DNA from: an uncultured virus (IMG/VR IMGVR_UViG_3300034072_002082)
Taxonomy: Duplodnaviria; Heunggongvirae; Uroviricota; Caudoviricetes
DNA length: 64,000 bases
Virus record (IMG/VR): IMGVR_UViG_3300034072_002082
Direction: 5' to 3' (one strand)
Shown: piece by piece, positions 9,972-18,396 of the stretch
Layout: every line of letters starts with the position of its first letter
Numbering within the stretch: the stretch's first letter is position 1
Translations under genes and position numbers: made by a program
Notes under the pieces: generated by a model
Databases searched by the model: none
What the model was told of the DNA's origin: nothing
The model's input: only the letters and a program-made list of their open reading frames with translations

Positions 9972-10145
9972 TCAGGGAAGAAGCTGCTCCAGCCCGGCGT
10001 GGGCTTCAAGTCTCTCGGTGACATCCAACAGGTCCTCCCAGATGCCATTCTCGGCCGCATCGTCATGCTCGTCAGGATCGGTCGACAGGACGATGAGCGC
10101 CTGGCGCAGCAACTGCTGGGCTTGAATGAAACGTGGTTCAGGCAT
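9972..10145 (-). CDS. small acidic hypothetical protein
   Basis: GGAG RBS before MPEPRF. Confidence 0.5.
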   Translation of the reverse strand: MPEPRFIQAQQLLRQALIVLSTDPDEHDDAAENGIWEDLLDVTERLEAHAGLEQLLP

Positions 10146-10270
10146 GGGCACTCCGGGGCATTGCGCGATCGCTGGCCGGTATGAGGCCAATAGGCAAACC
10201 GTAAACATGTTCTCCCACAAGCAAAGAAAAACCCCGCGAGCACTCGTGAGAGCTCGCGGGGTCTTTGCGT

Positions 10271-10522
10271 TCAGGTCAGAGCCCAGGTGTCGTAGGCGCG
10301 CCGGACATCCCGGCTGAGATCATCGCTGGCTTGCACGATGTCACGAGGGTCAAAGCAGCTCTGCTTGCCTTCGATGTCGAAGATTTCGGAATCGTCGGCA
10401 CCCTCAATGTCGCGCTCGACGACAATGGCGGTCACCCCGGTCAGATCCACGCCATCGCAGAGGATCTTCTCGACCACCCCGCCATCCATCAGGATGACGA
10501 GGCGCTTGGTTGGCGCGGCCAC
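10271..10522 (-). CDS. small acidic hypothetical protein
   Basis: Coupled to the upstream gene; followed by a terminator at about 10227-10262. Confidence 0.65.
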   Translation of the reverse strand: MAAPTKRLVILMDGGVVEKILCDGVDLTGVTAIVVERDIEGADDSEIFDIEGKQSCFDPRDIVQASDDLSRDVRRAYDTWALT

Positions 10523-10524
10523 GG

Positions 10525-11130
10525 TCAGGCGCCCGTGCTGGGGATGCCCCAGCCGATGCCCGGTGCATCCGTGACGTGGCCCGGCAGGATGGCATAGCCC
10601 TCATATCCGGTCTTGCGCCATTCAGCGCGATCGTCAGCGCTGAGGTCTTCTCCAGCGCTTTCCAGGTCGTCGCAGAAGCACTTGAAGGCGGCATCCATGA
10701 CGGCAGCCTGCGTCGGATCGGAGACGGTCACGTGATCGAGACGCTTCGAGCCGTCGCCACCGATGTTGCCCCAGATCACCGTGAAGCGGTGGGCGGCAGG
10801 AGCTGGACCTTCACTTGCCTGTTCGAGAACAATGGCAGCAGCCTCACAGGCCTGTCCAAGGGCAATCAGATCCGTCTTGTTGCTGGTCTCGGCATAGTCG
10901 TTGGCGGCATCGTGCAGGCGTGCCAGCGCCGTCACGAGGGAAGGGGCCTCGCGATAGGGCAGGGGAAGCACGATGGCATGGTGCATCGCATAAGCCTCCT
11001 GCTTATCGACGAAATCTGCATTGCGCTGGTTGAAGCTGGCGACTTCTGCCTTGGCAGCATCGAGCGATGTCTCGACACTTGCAGCAAGATCGCCTTCCAA
11101 CTCAGTGATGACGACGTAGGTCTCGGACAT
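10525..11130 (-). CDS. acidic hypothetical protein
   Basis: 201-aa ORF; AAGGAAA upstream. Confidence 0.65.
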   Translation of the reverse strand: MSETYVVITELEGDLAASVETSLDAAKAEVASFNQRNADFVDKQEAYAMHHAIVLPLPYREAPSLVTALARLHDAANDYAETSNKTDLIALGQACEAAAIVLEQASEGPAPAAHRFTVIWGNIGGDGSKRLDHVTVSDPTQAAVMDAAFKCFCDDLESAGEDLSADDRAEWRKTGYEGYAILPGHVTDAPGIGWGIPSTGA

Positions 11131-11266
11131 TGAGTTCTCACTTTCCTTTGGGTGATCGGATATTCGAAGGCCAAACCAATCTCGGCCGATCTGGCTCAGC
11201 GTTCTGACGCTGGCCAGCAAACCCGGACAGGCGATGCCGCCCGAGGTTCGGTGGTGCCCTGGGAGC

Positions 11267-11542
11267 TTAGGCGGCGAGGGCTAGTGCTGGAGCTTCTTCG
11301 CCTGTCAGGCCGAGGATCTTGCATTCGAACAAGTTTCGAACATGCAATTGGGCATCTAACGTCGCGCCAGTGAAAAGCTTGTCGCCGATTGTTTCAAGCA
11401 CATCGCCAAACGCGAAGGCAATCATCCTCCTGTCGCCGCCCTCAGTATGCAGGACGCTCCCTTTGGCCATGATGTAAGGCGTTCCCGCCGAATTTCCGGT
11501 GGTGATGGTTCCAGTCACGACTTGGCCAAGGGTGATCTTCAT
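11267..11542 (-). CDS. small OB-fold/SSB-like protein (paralog F)
   Basis: MKITLG..TG..TTG..AG.PY..AKGS shared with 11680..11955; ends ALALAA. Confidence 0.75.
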   Translation of the reverse strand: MKITLGQVVTGTITTGNSAGTPYIMAKGSVLHTEGGDRRMIAFAFGDVLETIGDKLFTGATLDAQLHVRNLFECKILGLTGEEAPALALAA

Positions 11543-11620
11543 TCTGAAATTCCTGAAGGATTTCGACTCCCGATAGTTTCGGGTGGTCGGAGGGGTCTGA
11601 GGTTCAGCGCCTCGATGCGC
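11543..11620 (-). promoter_or_regulatory. divergent structured leader F
   Basis: mRNA-sense GAGG...CCTC hairpin-AGACCCC, then CCCGA/TCGGG hairpin, GAAAT, AGGA. Confidence 0.5.
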
Positions 11621-11628
11621 TGGCCAGC

Positions 11629-11661
11629 AAAAACCCCGCTCGGGCAGTGCCAAAGCGGGGT
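11629..11661 (-). terminator. intrinsic terminator
   Basis: AAAAACCCCGC...GCGGGGT on +. Confidence 0.75.
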
Positions 11662-11679
11662 CGCGAGATGCCTTGTGGC

Positions 11680-11955
11680 TTAGGCAGCGATGGCTTCTGC
11701 CGGAGCTTCGACGTCCGCCGGGCCGGCGATGACGATCGAGCCGTCGTCGAAGAACCACTTGACGTCCACCGTCGCGCCGGTGGCAATCATGTCGGCAACC
11801 TTCTCGAGGCCAGCGCCGAATGCCATCACGGTGCGCGTCTTGTCGCCAGCCTTCGGGAAGTGGGCAATGCTGCCCTTCGCCTTCATGTAAGGCTGACCTG
11901 CATTCTTGCCGGTGGTGACGGTGCCAGTTTCGACGGTGCCGAGGGTGATCTTCAT
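11680..11955 (-). CDS. small OB-fold/SSB-like protein (paralog B)
   Basis: GQPYMKAKG...RTVMAFG...TGATVDV; ends AEAIAA. Confidence 0.75.
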   Translation of the reverse strand: MKITLGTVETGTVTTGKNAGQPYMKAKGSIAHFPKAGDKTRTVMAFGAGLEKVADMIATGATVDVKWFFDDGSIVIAGPADVEAPAEAIAA

Positions 11956-12070
11956 CTGTGTAATTCCTTGAAATTTTCCATCCCATGATCGGGATCGACC
12001 CCCTTTCCATGATTGATGCGGGGGTATGGGCCGAAGGGGCCCGACGCGGGCGCGACAGCGCGCTGCGCCT
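11956..12070 (-). promoter_or_regulatory. conserved structured leader B
   Basis: mRNA-sense GGGCCCCTTCGGCCC-ATACCCCCGC...GGGGGTCG-ATCCC/GGGAT hairpin...GAAAAT...AAGGA. Confidence 0.75.
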
Positions 12071-12253
12071 GCCTTGCGCAGGGTGACGGTCTCGGCAGAG
12101 CCGGCTGCCAGGTGAGGTCGCGATATGAGCGATCGCGCCATCCCCTCAGGGATCGCCAGCGATGCGCTGGCGGTGTGGCCTCAGCCCACATGAAAAACCC
12201 GCCGCGCTTTCCAGCGGGCGGGTTCAGGAGCTTTTTGCGATTGGGTTATGCCA

Positions 12254-12793
12254 TCACTGGGAAATGGCCTTCCAGCGGGCCGCTTGCCGGCCGATGGCCT
12301 CTCGCTGCCTGTCGGTCCAGCCAAGCCGATCGAGGAGCGCATCGACTTCGAGTAAAGGTTCTTCAGCCTTCAGAGCACGGGCGTTGTTCCAGCGGACGTT
12401 CTCAGGCGGAGAAAGGGCGATGACGGCCTTCTCCAACCGCTCCAGCTCGGTCTTGCTTGCTCCTGGGATCGGAAGGACGCTTGCGCTACAAAATTGCCGC
12501 GCGAACAGGCGCCGCAACTCCTTCGCCACCTTCCCGGCAACCGGGCAGGACAGCACATCATGGCGCGAGTGATACATCCGGCCGGCATTGTAGGCAGACG
12601 AGTACTTGTGAGAGTTGCCGTCCCCTCCGACATGGCGCCGCAGCCTATCCGCAAAGCCCTTGTCGGTAATCCCGATATGGCGGACCACACCCAAGTAATC
12701 CCTCAGGCCATACATTCCGGTTGAAGCAGGGACCGCGTCGAGGGAAAGCCTCTCCCCATCCAATAGGGAGGCAAGCGCAACCTGTGGATCCAT
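12254..12793 (-). CDS. GIY-YIG-like nuclease
   Basis: GMY...HIG motif pair followed by RLRRH and a downstream ELERLE...WN. Confidence 0.7.
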   Translation of the reverse strand: MDPQVALASLLDGERLSLDAVPASTGMYGLRDYLGVVRHIGITDKGFADRLRRHVGGDGNSHKYSSAYNAGRMYHSRHDVLSCPVAGKVAKELRRLFARQFCSASVLPIPGASKTELERLEKAVIALSPPENVRWNNARALKAEEPLLEVDALLDRLGWTDRQREAIGRQAARWKAISQ

Positions 12794-12956
12794 TATCAGC
12801 ACTTGGTCTTTGCCCTTCCCGATCGTCGGCCCCAGCCGCCACCATCCCGGTCCTACTACTCAATTGAGTTTTTAAAACGCTACAGGTGAGTCAAAAGCAA
12901 AAGGCCCTCTCGTTGCCGAGAGGGCCCGTCAATGTGCTAGGCGCATCGCTTCTGTA

Positions 12957-13265
12957 TCAGGCAGCCTGCAGAGCAAGCCTTGTCCTGTGGATGCGGGTGC
13001 GAAGCTTGTCGCTGGCAATGGCGACCTGCAGGAACTGGCGGGTGTTTCGCAGCGTCCCACGACGTCCTTCAGCTTCCATGAAGACCGCATCGCGAACCGC
13101 GATGTAATCGTTCCAGGTCGCGTGCTGTTCAGCGATGGCCAGCTGTGTGGCAGGGGCATCAACGCCATAGAGTTCGATCATCGACGCAGCTTGCGTGCGA
13201 GCGCGGCGCATACGCAGTGCGAGGTTAGCCAGGGCGACACGGGTCGTGCCGGGAAGGGATCGCAT
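12957..13265 (-). CDS. hypothetical protein
   Basis: 102-aa helical ORF ending QAA; followed by a terminator at about 12899-12927. Confidence 0.6.
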   Translation of the reverse strand: MRSLPGTTRVALANLALRMRRARTQAASMIELYGVDAPATQLAIAEQHATWNDYIAVRDAVFMEAEGRRGTLRNTRQFLQVAIASDKLRTRIHRTRLALQAA

Positions 13266-13354
13266 GATATATGGGTCTTTCTATTGGACGTGAGCGTTAA
13301 TCACGTCAATGTCCCGCCCTTATCGGGCAGGACATTGGAGTGCAATAGGACGTG

Positions 13355-13552
13355 TTAGGCGGCGAGACGAACCGAGTAGGCTGCGACGATCGCGTCCTCG
13401 GCTTCCTTCTGGCGCATCTTCTCGACGAACTTGGCGTTCGAGGCGGTGATCGTGACGCGGAGGCCATTCTTGAGAACGATGGTGTTGGCCTCGCGCTTGG
13501 CGATGGCGGCGCGGATGGCGAAGCGGCGGCGGATGTTGGAAGTGTAAGGCAT
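13355..13552 (-). CDS. small basic hypothetical protein (RRFAIRAAIA motif)
   Basis: GAGGAAAATCAG-ATG; ends RLAA. Confidence 0.65.
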   Translation of the reverse strand: MPYTSNIRRRFAIRAAIAKREANTIVLKNGLRVTITASNAKFVEKMRQKEAEDAIVAAYSVRLAA

Positions 13553-13657
13553 CTGATTTTCCTCGCTCTGAAGATGTTCGATCCACCGGAGGAGGGTCAT
13601 ACGGGTGTGGGCAGCGCCCACCGGCTTGGCTGGTCCAAGACAGGCGCCATCTGCGCT

Positions 13658-13693
13658 GAAAAGCCCGCCGTCGGCTGGGCCGAGGCGGGCTGA
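13658..13693 (-). terminator. intrinsic terminator, copy 1 of a 36-bp direct repeat
   Basis: GAAAAGCCCGCCGTCGGCTGGGCCGAGGCGGGCTGA; one mismatch to 14368-14403. Confidence 0.8.
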
Positions 13694-13702
13694 TCTGTTG
13701 CT

Positions 13703-14269
13703 TTATGCGGCTAGTCTTTCGCAGAGGCGGTTGCCTGCCGCATTGAAGAGGACGACATCGGGGGTTCCGAGCTCAATGGTGATGCGCGTTTTCCCATTGA
13801 GGCGGAGCCACGAGAGTTTGGGAATTGTCGAGGTGGCCGACATGTCCATATCGACGAGCCAGTCGAGTGCGTTACCCATGAGTGCGCCCCACGAGTTAAT
13901 CTCGTTGTGTGGCTCGTAGTAGGGCTCGGCATTAGCATTCTGGCTGTTTGTGACGATGCGATAACCATCGATTTCGGTGGTTAGCTGCAACCAGCCCCAA
14001 TCATTGTCGTATTTGGCCAAAGGAAGAGCTGCAAATGGTGTGCAGAGCAGGTCGCTGATAGCCATTTCCGGATTCTGTCGGACGAGTTCGATAAAGAAGG
14101 GGAAGCACGTGTTATGCTCGAACAGGAGATCGATGAATTCCGGCAGGCTTTCGATATCTCCCGCACACCGAGCAAGGATCATGGCACGAGCCTCATCGGC
14201 ATACTGCTTGTATTCAGCCATCTCAGCATCAAATGCGGCTTGGCGTTGGGGAGTGAGTGCCTGTTCCAT
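13703..14269 (-). CDS. hypothetical protein (lower-GC cassette)
   Basis: GAGGAAAACCAG-ATG; visibly more AT-rich codons; ends RLAA. Confidence 0.7.
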   Translation of the reverse strand: MEQALTPQRQAAFDAEMAEYKQYADEARAMILARCAGDIESLPEFIDLLFEHNTCFPFFIELVRQNPEMAISDLLCTPFAALPLAKYDNDWGWLQLTTEIDGYRIVTNSQNANAEPYYEPHNEINSWGALMGNALDWLVDMDMSATSTIPKLSWLRLNGKTRITIELGTPDVVLFNAAGNRLCERLAA

Positions 14270-14367
14270 CTGGTTTTCCTCGCGTGCTTGATTGCAAATG
14301 CATTCTCGAAAACCCCTCCAGCCGTTGCTGACAGCAAGGGCGACACCAACCGTGGCGGCTCGACATG

Positions 14368-14403
14368 GAAAAGCCCGCCATCGGCTGGGCCGAGGCGGGC
14401 TGA
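14368..14403 (-). terminator. intrinsic terminator, copy 2 of a 36-bp direct repeat
   Basis: GAAAAGCCCGCCATCGGCTGGGCCGAGGCGGGCTGA. Confidence 0.8.
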
Positions 14404-14422
14404 GAAAACTCGTGCGCTGATC

Positions 14423-14893
14423 TCAGTGCCTTGTAGCTGAGACCATCGCCTGGCGTGCGATAATGTAGCGACAGGCATCGTGTGCCGAGGCAAGTTTGAC
14501 CTTGGTGCCCGATGACCCAACCGTCACCCCAGGGCGCCGGTTGTATGCGTCGTGGCTGGCAGTCCAGCTGCCATCGGCATTGGCGACGATGAAGCCCACC
14601 GTCAGGTCGGGTGCCTGCCCGGGCTCTGCCGAGGCCATCAGGTAGTAGCCCTGCCGCGGACCTTGCCCGGCATAGCCGGAGAGTTGCCAGCCGGCATAGT
14701 CCCCGGAGCCTGCCACCACGGTCATGCCGTGGATGGTGTAGGCATCGGCAGTGCGGAAAGCACCATTGGCAACGCATGGCGCGTTCAGGATGTCGGCCGC
14801 TTCGCTGGCCCAGCGCAGGTGAGCTTCATCGAGACCGGCGGCGTAGGCAGCCAGCGAAGGTTCGCCCAAGTCGAAGGTGCGGGCAGGGTACAT
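14423..14893 (-). CDS. hypothetical protein
   Basis: AGGA RBS before MYPART. Confidence 0.6.
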   Translation of the reverse strand: MYPARTFDLGEPSLAAYAAGLDEAHLRWASEAADILNAPCVANGAFRTADAYTIHGMTVVAGSGDYAGWQLSGYAGQGPRQGYYLMASAEPGQAPDLTVGFIVANADGSWTASHDAYNRRPGVTVGSSGTKVKLASAHDACRYIIARQAMVSATRH

Positions 14894-14942
14894 GGCTGCG
14901 ATCCTGAGGCAGGGGTGATAAACGAAGTGGAGTTGGCTGGGG

Positions 14943-15104
14943 TCAGCCGCGACGCTGCTTGAGCGTCGCCACGAGCAGCTGCCCACGCGTGCGGCAGCTG
15001 AAGTAGGTCTCGTCGCTGGCGTGGCGTGTGACCGGGCTGCAGATCCAGTCAAGCACACGGCTGATGAAAGCGTTGATACGGTTGCGGCGGGTGAGGGTGA
15101 GCAT
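14943..15104 (-). CDS. small hypothetical protein
   Basis: GGAG RBS before MLTLTRRN; 53 aa. Confidence 0.5.
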   Translation of the reverse strand: MLTLTRRNRINAFISRVLDWICSPVTRHASDETYFSCRTRGQLLVATLKQRRG

Positions 15105-15157
15105 TGGTCGAACTCCGTGTGTCTGGGCGAGGGGGAAGATCTGCGGGACGGCGCGCC

Positions 15158-15394
15158 TTAAGGGTGGTCGCGCTGGGTCCACGCGTCGGGCCCTGCCTCG
15201 AGGGCGGCTTCAGCGGCGTCGTAGGTCGGCCAGTATTCGACCGACTCCCGCGAGTAGGGCATCTCATCCTGGCAAGTGCCGAGGTAGAAGCCACGAGCCG
15301 AGTGCATCACTTCGAGCGGGAGCGAGACACCGCCAAATTCCTTGGCGATCTGTCCACGAGGACCAGGAACGAGAGCGGAAGCGGTCTTGGTCAT
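15158..15394 (-). CDS. conserved plasmid/ICE-type hypothetical protein
   Basis: LPLEV..SA.GFYLGT...PYSRESVEYW...WTQR.HP pattern recalled from conjugative-element small proteins. Confidence 0.65.
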   Translation of the reverse strand: MTKTASALVPGPRGQIAKEFGGVSLPLEVMHSARGFYLGTCQDEMPYSRESVEYWPTYDAAEAALEAGPDAWTQRDHP

Positions 15395-15555
15395 GGGCGA
15401 AGCCTTTCGTCTGATGTTCTGGGTATGCATGGGTGATCCACGACACCCGGCCCGCTCACTTGAGCGAGGCGACATCGCAGAGGGCATCCGAGGCACTAGG
15501 CAAAGCGGAGCACTCGCCGCACCTTTGTTGCGGGGCGAGTGCTCCAGTCGCTCGG

Positions 15556-16602
15556 CTAGACTTTGGTGTTGAAGGTCTCGTAGATGGCCTTGGCAGTGCC
15601 CGGGCCGATACCTTCAACAGCCCGCAAAGCGGCAACGTCGGCATTCCCAACGGCGACCAGGCTGCCGAAGTGGCGCAACAATGCCCGCGCGCGGGTCGCT
15701 GAGACGCCGTGGATGCTTTCGAGCGTGTATGATGCGCCGGCGAGTGGATCGATCTTGGCGGCCTTCTTTGGGGCAGAGGCTCGCAGGCCAACATCATAGC
15801 CGAGGCCATAGCAGACGTGCCGCACGGCCTTTGCGATCATGTAGACGGTGCTGCGGTGGTCAAGAGTCTCGAGGATCGGAATGCCCTGGATGAGCGACAG
15901 ATAGGTAAGCGTGCCATAGATGGCGTTGAGCTGCATCGATCGCTGTGCGCAGGCGCCGCCCTCGATTATGATCAACGACGGGATTTCGAGCTCGACCATC
16001 GCATTGGTCTGGAAGAACATCCGCTTGGCATCTTCGGTCATGCTCTGGTGGAAATCCGTGGTCGTCTTGCGCTCGATGACGAACCGGCCGGGGACCATAT
16101 AGTCCCCAACATCGAGGGTGGTCACCTCGACTTCGAGATTGGGTATCTGGGCGAGGGCCTCTGCGATCGCGGCTGGCTCACGATGATCGACGAGGATCTT
16201 GGTGGGTTCAGGGATGGGATGGGACATGCGCGTGGCATCGAGCGAACCGGTGTCGGCTGCAGTGTAAGGGTCGGAGCGGTAGGTTAATTCTGCGAGGGTC
16301 GAGCCTTTGCGGCCCCCGTGAGACCCTGACCAACCGCCCCTGTTGAAGCCGCCGCTCGCCCGCTGGCTCGGTGCCCCACGACTTTCCGCGATGGATTTGA
16401 GGCCCTCCCAGTCTGGCAAAGGGCCTTCTAAGAGAATGGCAGCAAGACTCATGGCCTCGGCCGCGGTGATCTCTGGGCCAGCCCAAAGCACCTGGTCACC
16501 CGACCTCTTCTCACCGAACACTTTGGGATGGCCGGGCGCTTCGAGATAAATGCGCTCACGCTTGCGGTCCGGAGATTTCCAATGTGTGATTTTGATCTGC
16601 AT
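15556..16602 (-). CDS. ERCC4/XPF-type nuclease with tandem HhH domain
   Basis: VDHRE, GDY...VIERKT..DF and LIIIEG nuclease motifs; HhH motifs IHGVS..RARALL.HFGS and VEGIG..TA..I. Confidence 0.9.
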   Translation of the reverse strand: MQIKITHWKSPDRKRERIYLEAPGHPKVFGEKRSGDQVLWAGPEITAAEAMSLAAILLEGPLPDWEGLKSIAESRGAPSQRASGGFNRGGWSGSHGGRKGSTLAELTYRSDPYTAADTGSLDATRMSHPIPEPTKILVDHREPAAIAEALAQIPNLEVEVTTLDVGDYMVPGRFVIERKTTTDFHQSMTEDAKRMFFQTNAMVELEIPSLIIIEGGACAQRSMQLNAIYGTLTYLSLIQGIPILETLDHRSTVYMIAKAVRHVCYGLGYDVGLRASAPKKAAKIDPLAGASYTLESIHGVSATRARALLRHFGSLVAVGNADVAALRAVEGIGPGTAKAIYETFNTKV

Positions 16603-16748
16603 TTGCCCGCTTTCATTCCCTAGCTGGATAGTATCGCGCCAGCAGGGTTTAGACCATCACTTCAAACCGCTGCCTATTCCAACGGCACTTCACGCCCGAA
16701 GAGACCGGAGAGGCAGGCTGTCTTTCCGGATTCCTCCTCCGGCCCCGC

Positions 16749-17339
16749 TCACTTGAGCGAGGCGATATCGTAGAGGCTATCGGGGTCGCCGGGCAGCGTG
16801 CCTTGGCCGCAGGCATAGTCGTCGGCGCTCCAGTGCCAGCCGAAGAAGCCCCAGATGGCCTTGCGGTGTCCGCTAGGAAGGATTTCCCAGATGATGATCT
16901 TGTCGTCTTCGGGATCCGGGCTCTCCCGGTAAGCGTCTGCGGTCTCTGGATCTTCGTCGGTGCCGCCGATCTTCGGGTACTCAGCTTTGAGGCAATCGAA
17001 GGCTGCATCAAGGGTCGGGCAGACCTTGTGATCGAAAGCAAAGGTGCCTGATTCCGAGTGCATGTCGCCATCACACTCGATCACGTAGATCGGGGCGGGA
17101 CCATCATGGGTCTTGCCGCCGAGATACGCCTCGGCGAGCTGCTTCTCGTCGATGGCGGCAATGATGCCAGCCTTCATGCTCTGAGCCGTCTCGAGGATGC
17201 TCTGCGGGAATCCCTTCCCGGTCTGTGCAGCGTACTCGAGCCGCTTGGGGTCAGCGAGCCACAGGATGTAATCTTGGGGTGCATCGCACAGCCGCTTGCC
17301 GCGGTGCGCGCCGAAAGGGAGAGTGATGGTGGTGTCCAT
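16749..17339 (-). CDS. hypothetical protein with N-terminal PFG.HRG...YILWL (DUF3820/ExoX-C-like) motif
   Basis: LPFGAHRGKRLCDAPQDYILWL. Confidence 0.65.
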   Translation of the reverse strand: MDTTITLPFGAHRGKRLCDAPQDYILWLADPKRLEYAAQTGKGFPQSILETAQSMKAGIIAAIDEKQLAEAYLGGKTHDGPAPIYVIECDGDMHSESGTFAFDHKVCPTLDAAFDCLKAEYPKIGGTDEDPETADAYRESPDPEDDKIIIWEILPSGHRKAIWGFFGWHWSADDYACGQGTLPGDPDSLYDIASLK

Positions 17340-17407
17340 TGGTGACCTCGCGAGAAACTGGAAGAAGCCGCGCTCCTGATCGGAAGCGCGGCTGGGATTG
17401 TGCGACT

Positions 17408-17683
17408 TCAGCCGTACATCTGCGACTGTTCGACGTTGTGGGCGCAGCAGCCGTCGAGATAGTCGCCGAGCTGGGCTGCGGTCTTGATGCCCTGTTCGGC
17501 CCAGTTCTCGAGGTTGTCATCGAGGGGGAAGACGTCGTCGTCCTTGTTGAGGAACTCGATGTATTCCGCGAGCGACCACACCGACTGGATGTGGCGTTCG
17601 ATTTCGGCACGGCCGGTTGGCCAGGTGCGGATCGCGATCGAAGCGGCGCCGAAAGTTGCGGTGACGATGTTCGAGCTGGCCAT
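17408..17683 (-). CDS. small hypothetical protein
   Basis: GAGGAAAACACC-ATG; followed by a hairpin at about 17365-17393. Confidence 0.65.
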   Translation of the reverse strand: MASSNIVTATFGAASIAIRTWPTGRAEIERHIQSVWSLAEYIEFLNKDDDVFPLDDNLENWAEQGIKTAAQLGDYLDGCCAHNVEQSQMYG

Positions 17684-17835
17684 GGTGTTTTCCTCGGATC
17701 ATTGATTACACCCGGTCCATTCACCGCCTTGGGTGAGGGCAAAGCCCTCGGCTGTCATTTCATGTGCAGCCCTGCGCCAATGGCGCTGAAAAGCCCGCCT
17801 CCGGTTAACCGGGGCGGGCTCTCAATGCTTGGCGA

Positions 17836-18396
17836 TCAAGCAGCAGGTGATGCCGTGAGTATCTGGATCAGCTCTGCGGCCGACTGCATGTATTCAGATC
17901 GCCTGCCCACCATGTGGGCCTGCCAGCCCTCGCCGCCTTCGCCGTCCCAGATGTCGGCGCGATAGCCCTTGGCGATCCACAGGGCGCGGGCAAGATCGGC
18001 AACGCTTGGCAGGGCAACCAGGCCCGAGGCCTTGAGCGCTGCGACTGCCACGTGCTCGGCTGTCAGCCTGGACAGAGCGGCTTCGTGCTTGTCGCGATCT
18101 GGCGTCTGGTGCACCCACCCGCCCCAGGTGTCGCTGCGAGGATCGCGGAAGTCGCGCACCACGTAGCGGCCACCTTCAGGTTCGGGGCCGTAAAACGCCA
18201 CGTTGTATCCGTAATCATAGCCACCAAATGGGCCTTCGCGCCCGGGACATCCCGCTTTTGCGATGGCATCGGCGGTACGGGTGATCACGTCTTCGGCGAA
18301 GGGATAAGGACCGATGGGCACGAGTTCGGGTGCCGGGCGCTTCTTGGCGACAGGCTCCAGACAAGGCGGATCGTACTCGCCATCCCAGCTGCTCAT
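17836..18396 (-). CDS. hypothetical protein
   Basis: ATGA overlap with the upstream gene; ends PAA. Confidence 0.65.
   Translation of the reverse strand: MSSWDGEYDPPCLEPVAKKRPAPELVPIGPYPFAEDVITRTADAIAKAGCPGREGPFGGYDYGYNVAFYGPEPEGGRYVVRDFRDPRSDTWGGWVHQTPDRDKHEAALSRLTAEHVAVAALKASGLVALPSVADLARALWIAKGYRADIWDGEGGEGWQAHMVGRRSEYMQSAAELIQILTASPAA

Noticed and set aside
11543..12010. 247-aa ORF 11267..12010 as one protein
   Set aside because: The upstream part is an off-frame shadow of the 11680..11955 gene and crosses a terminator; the real start is 11542.
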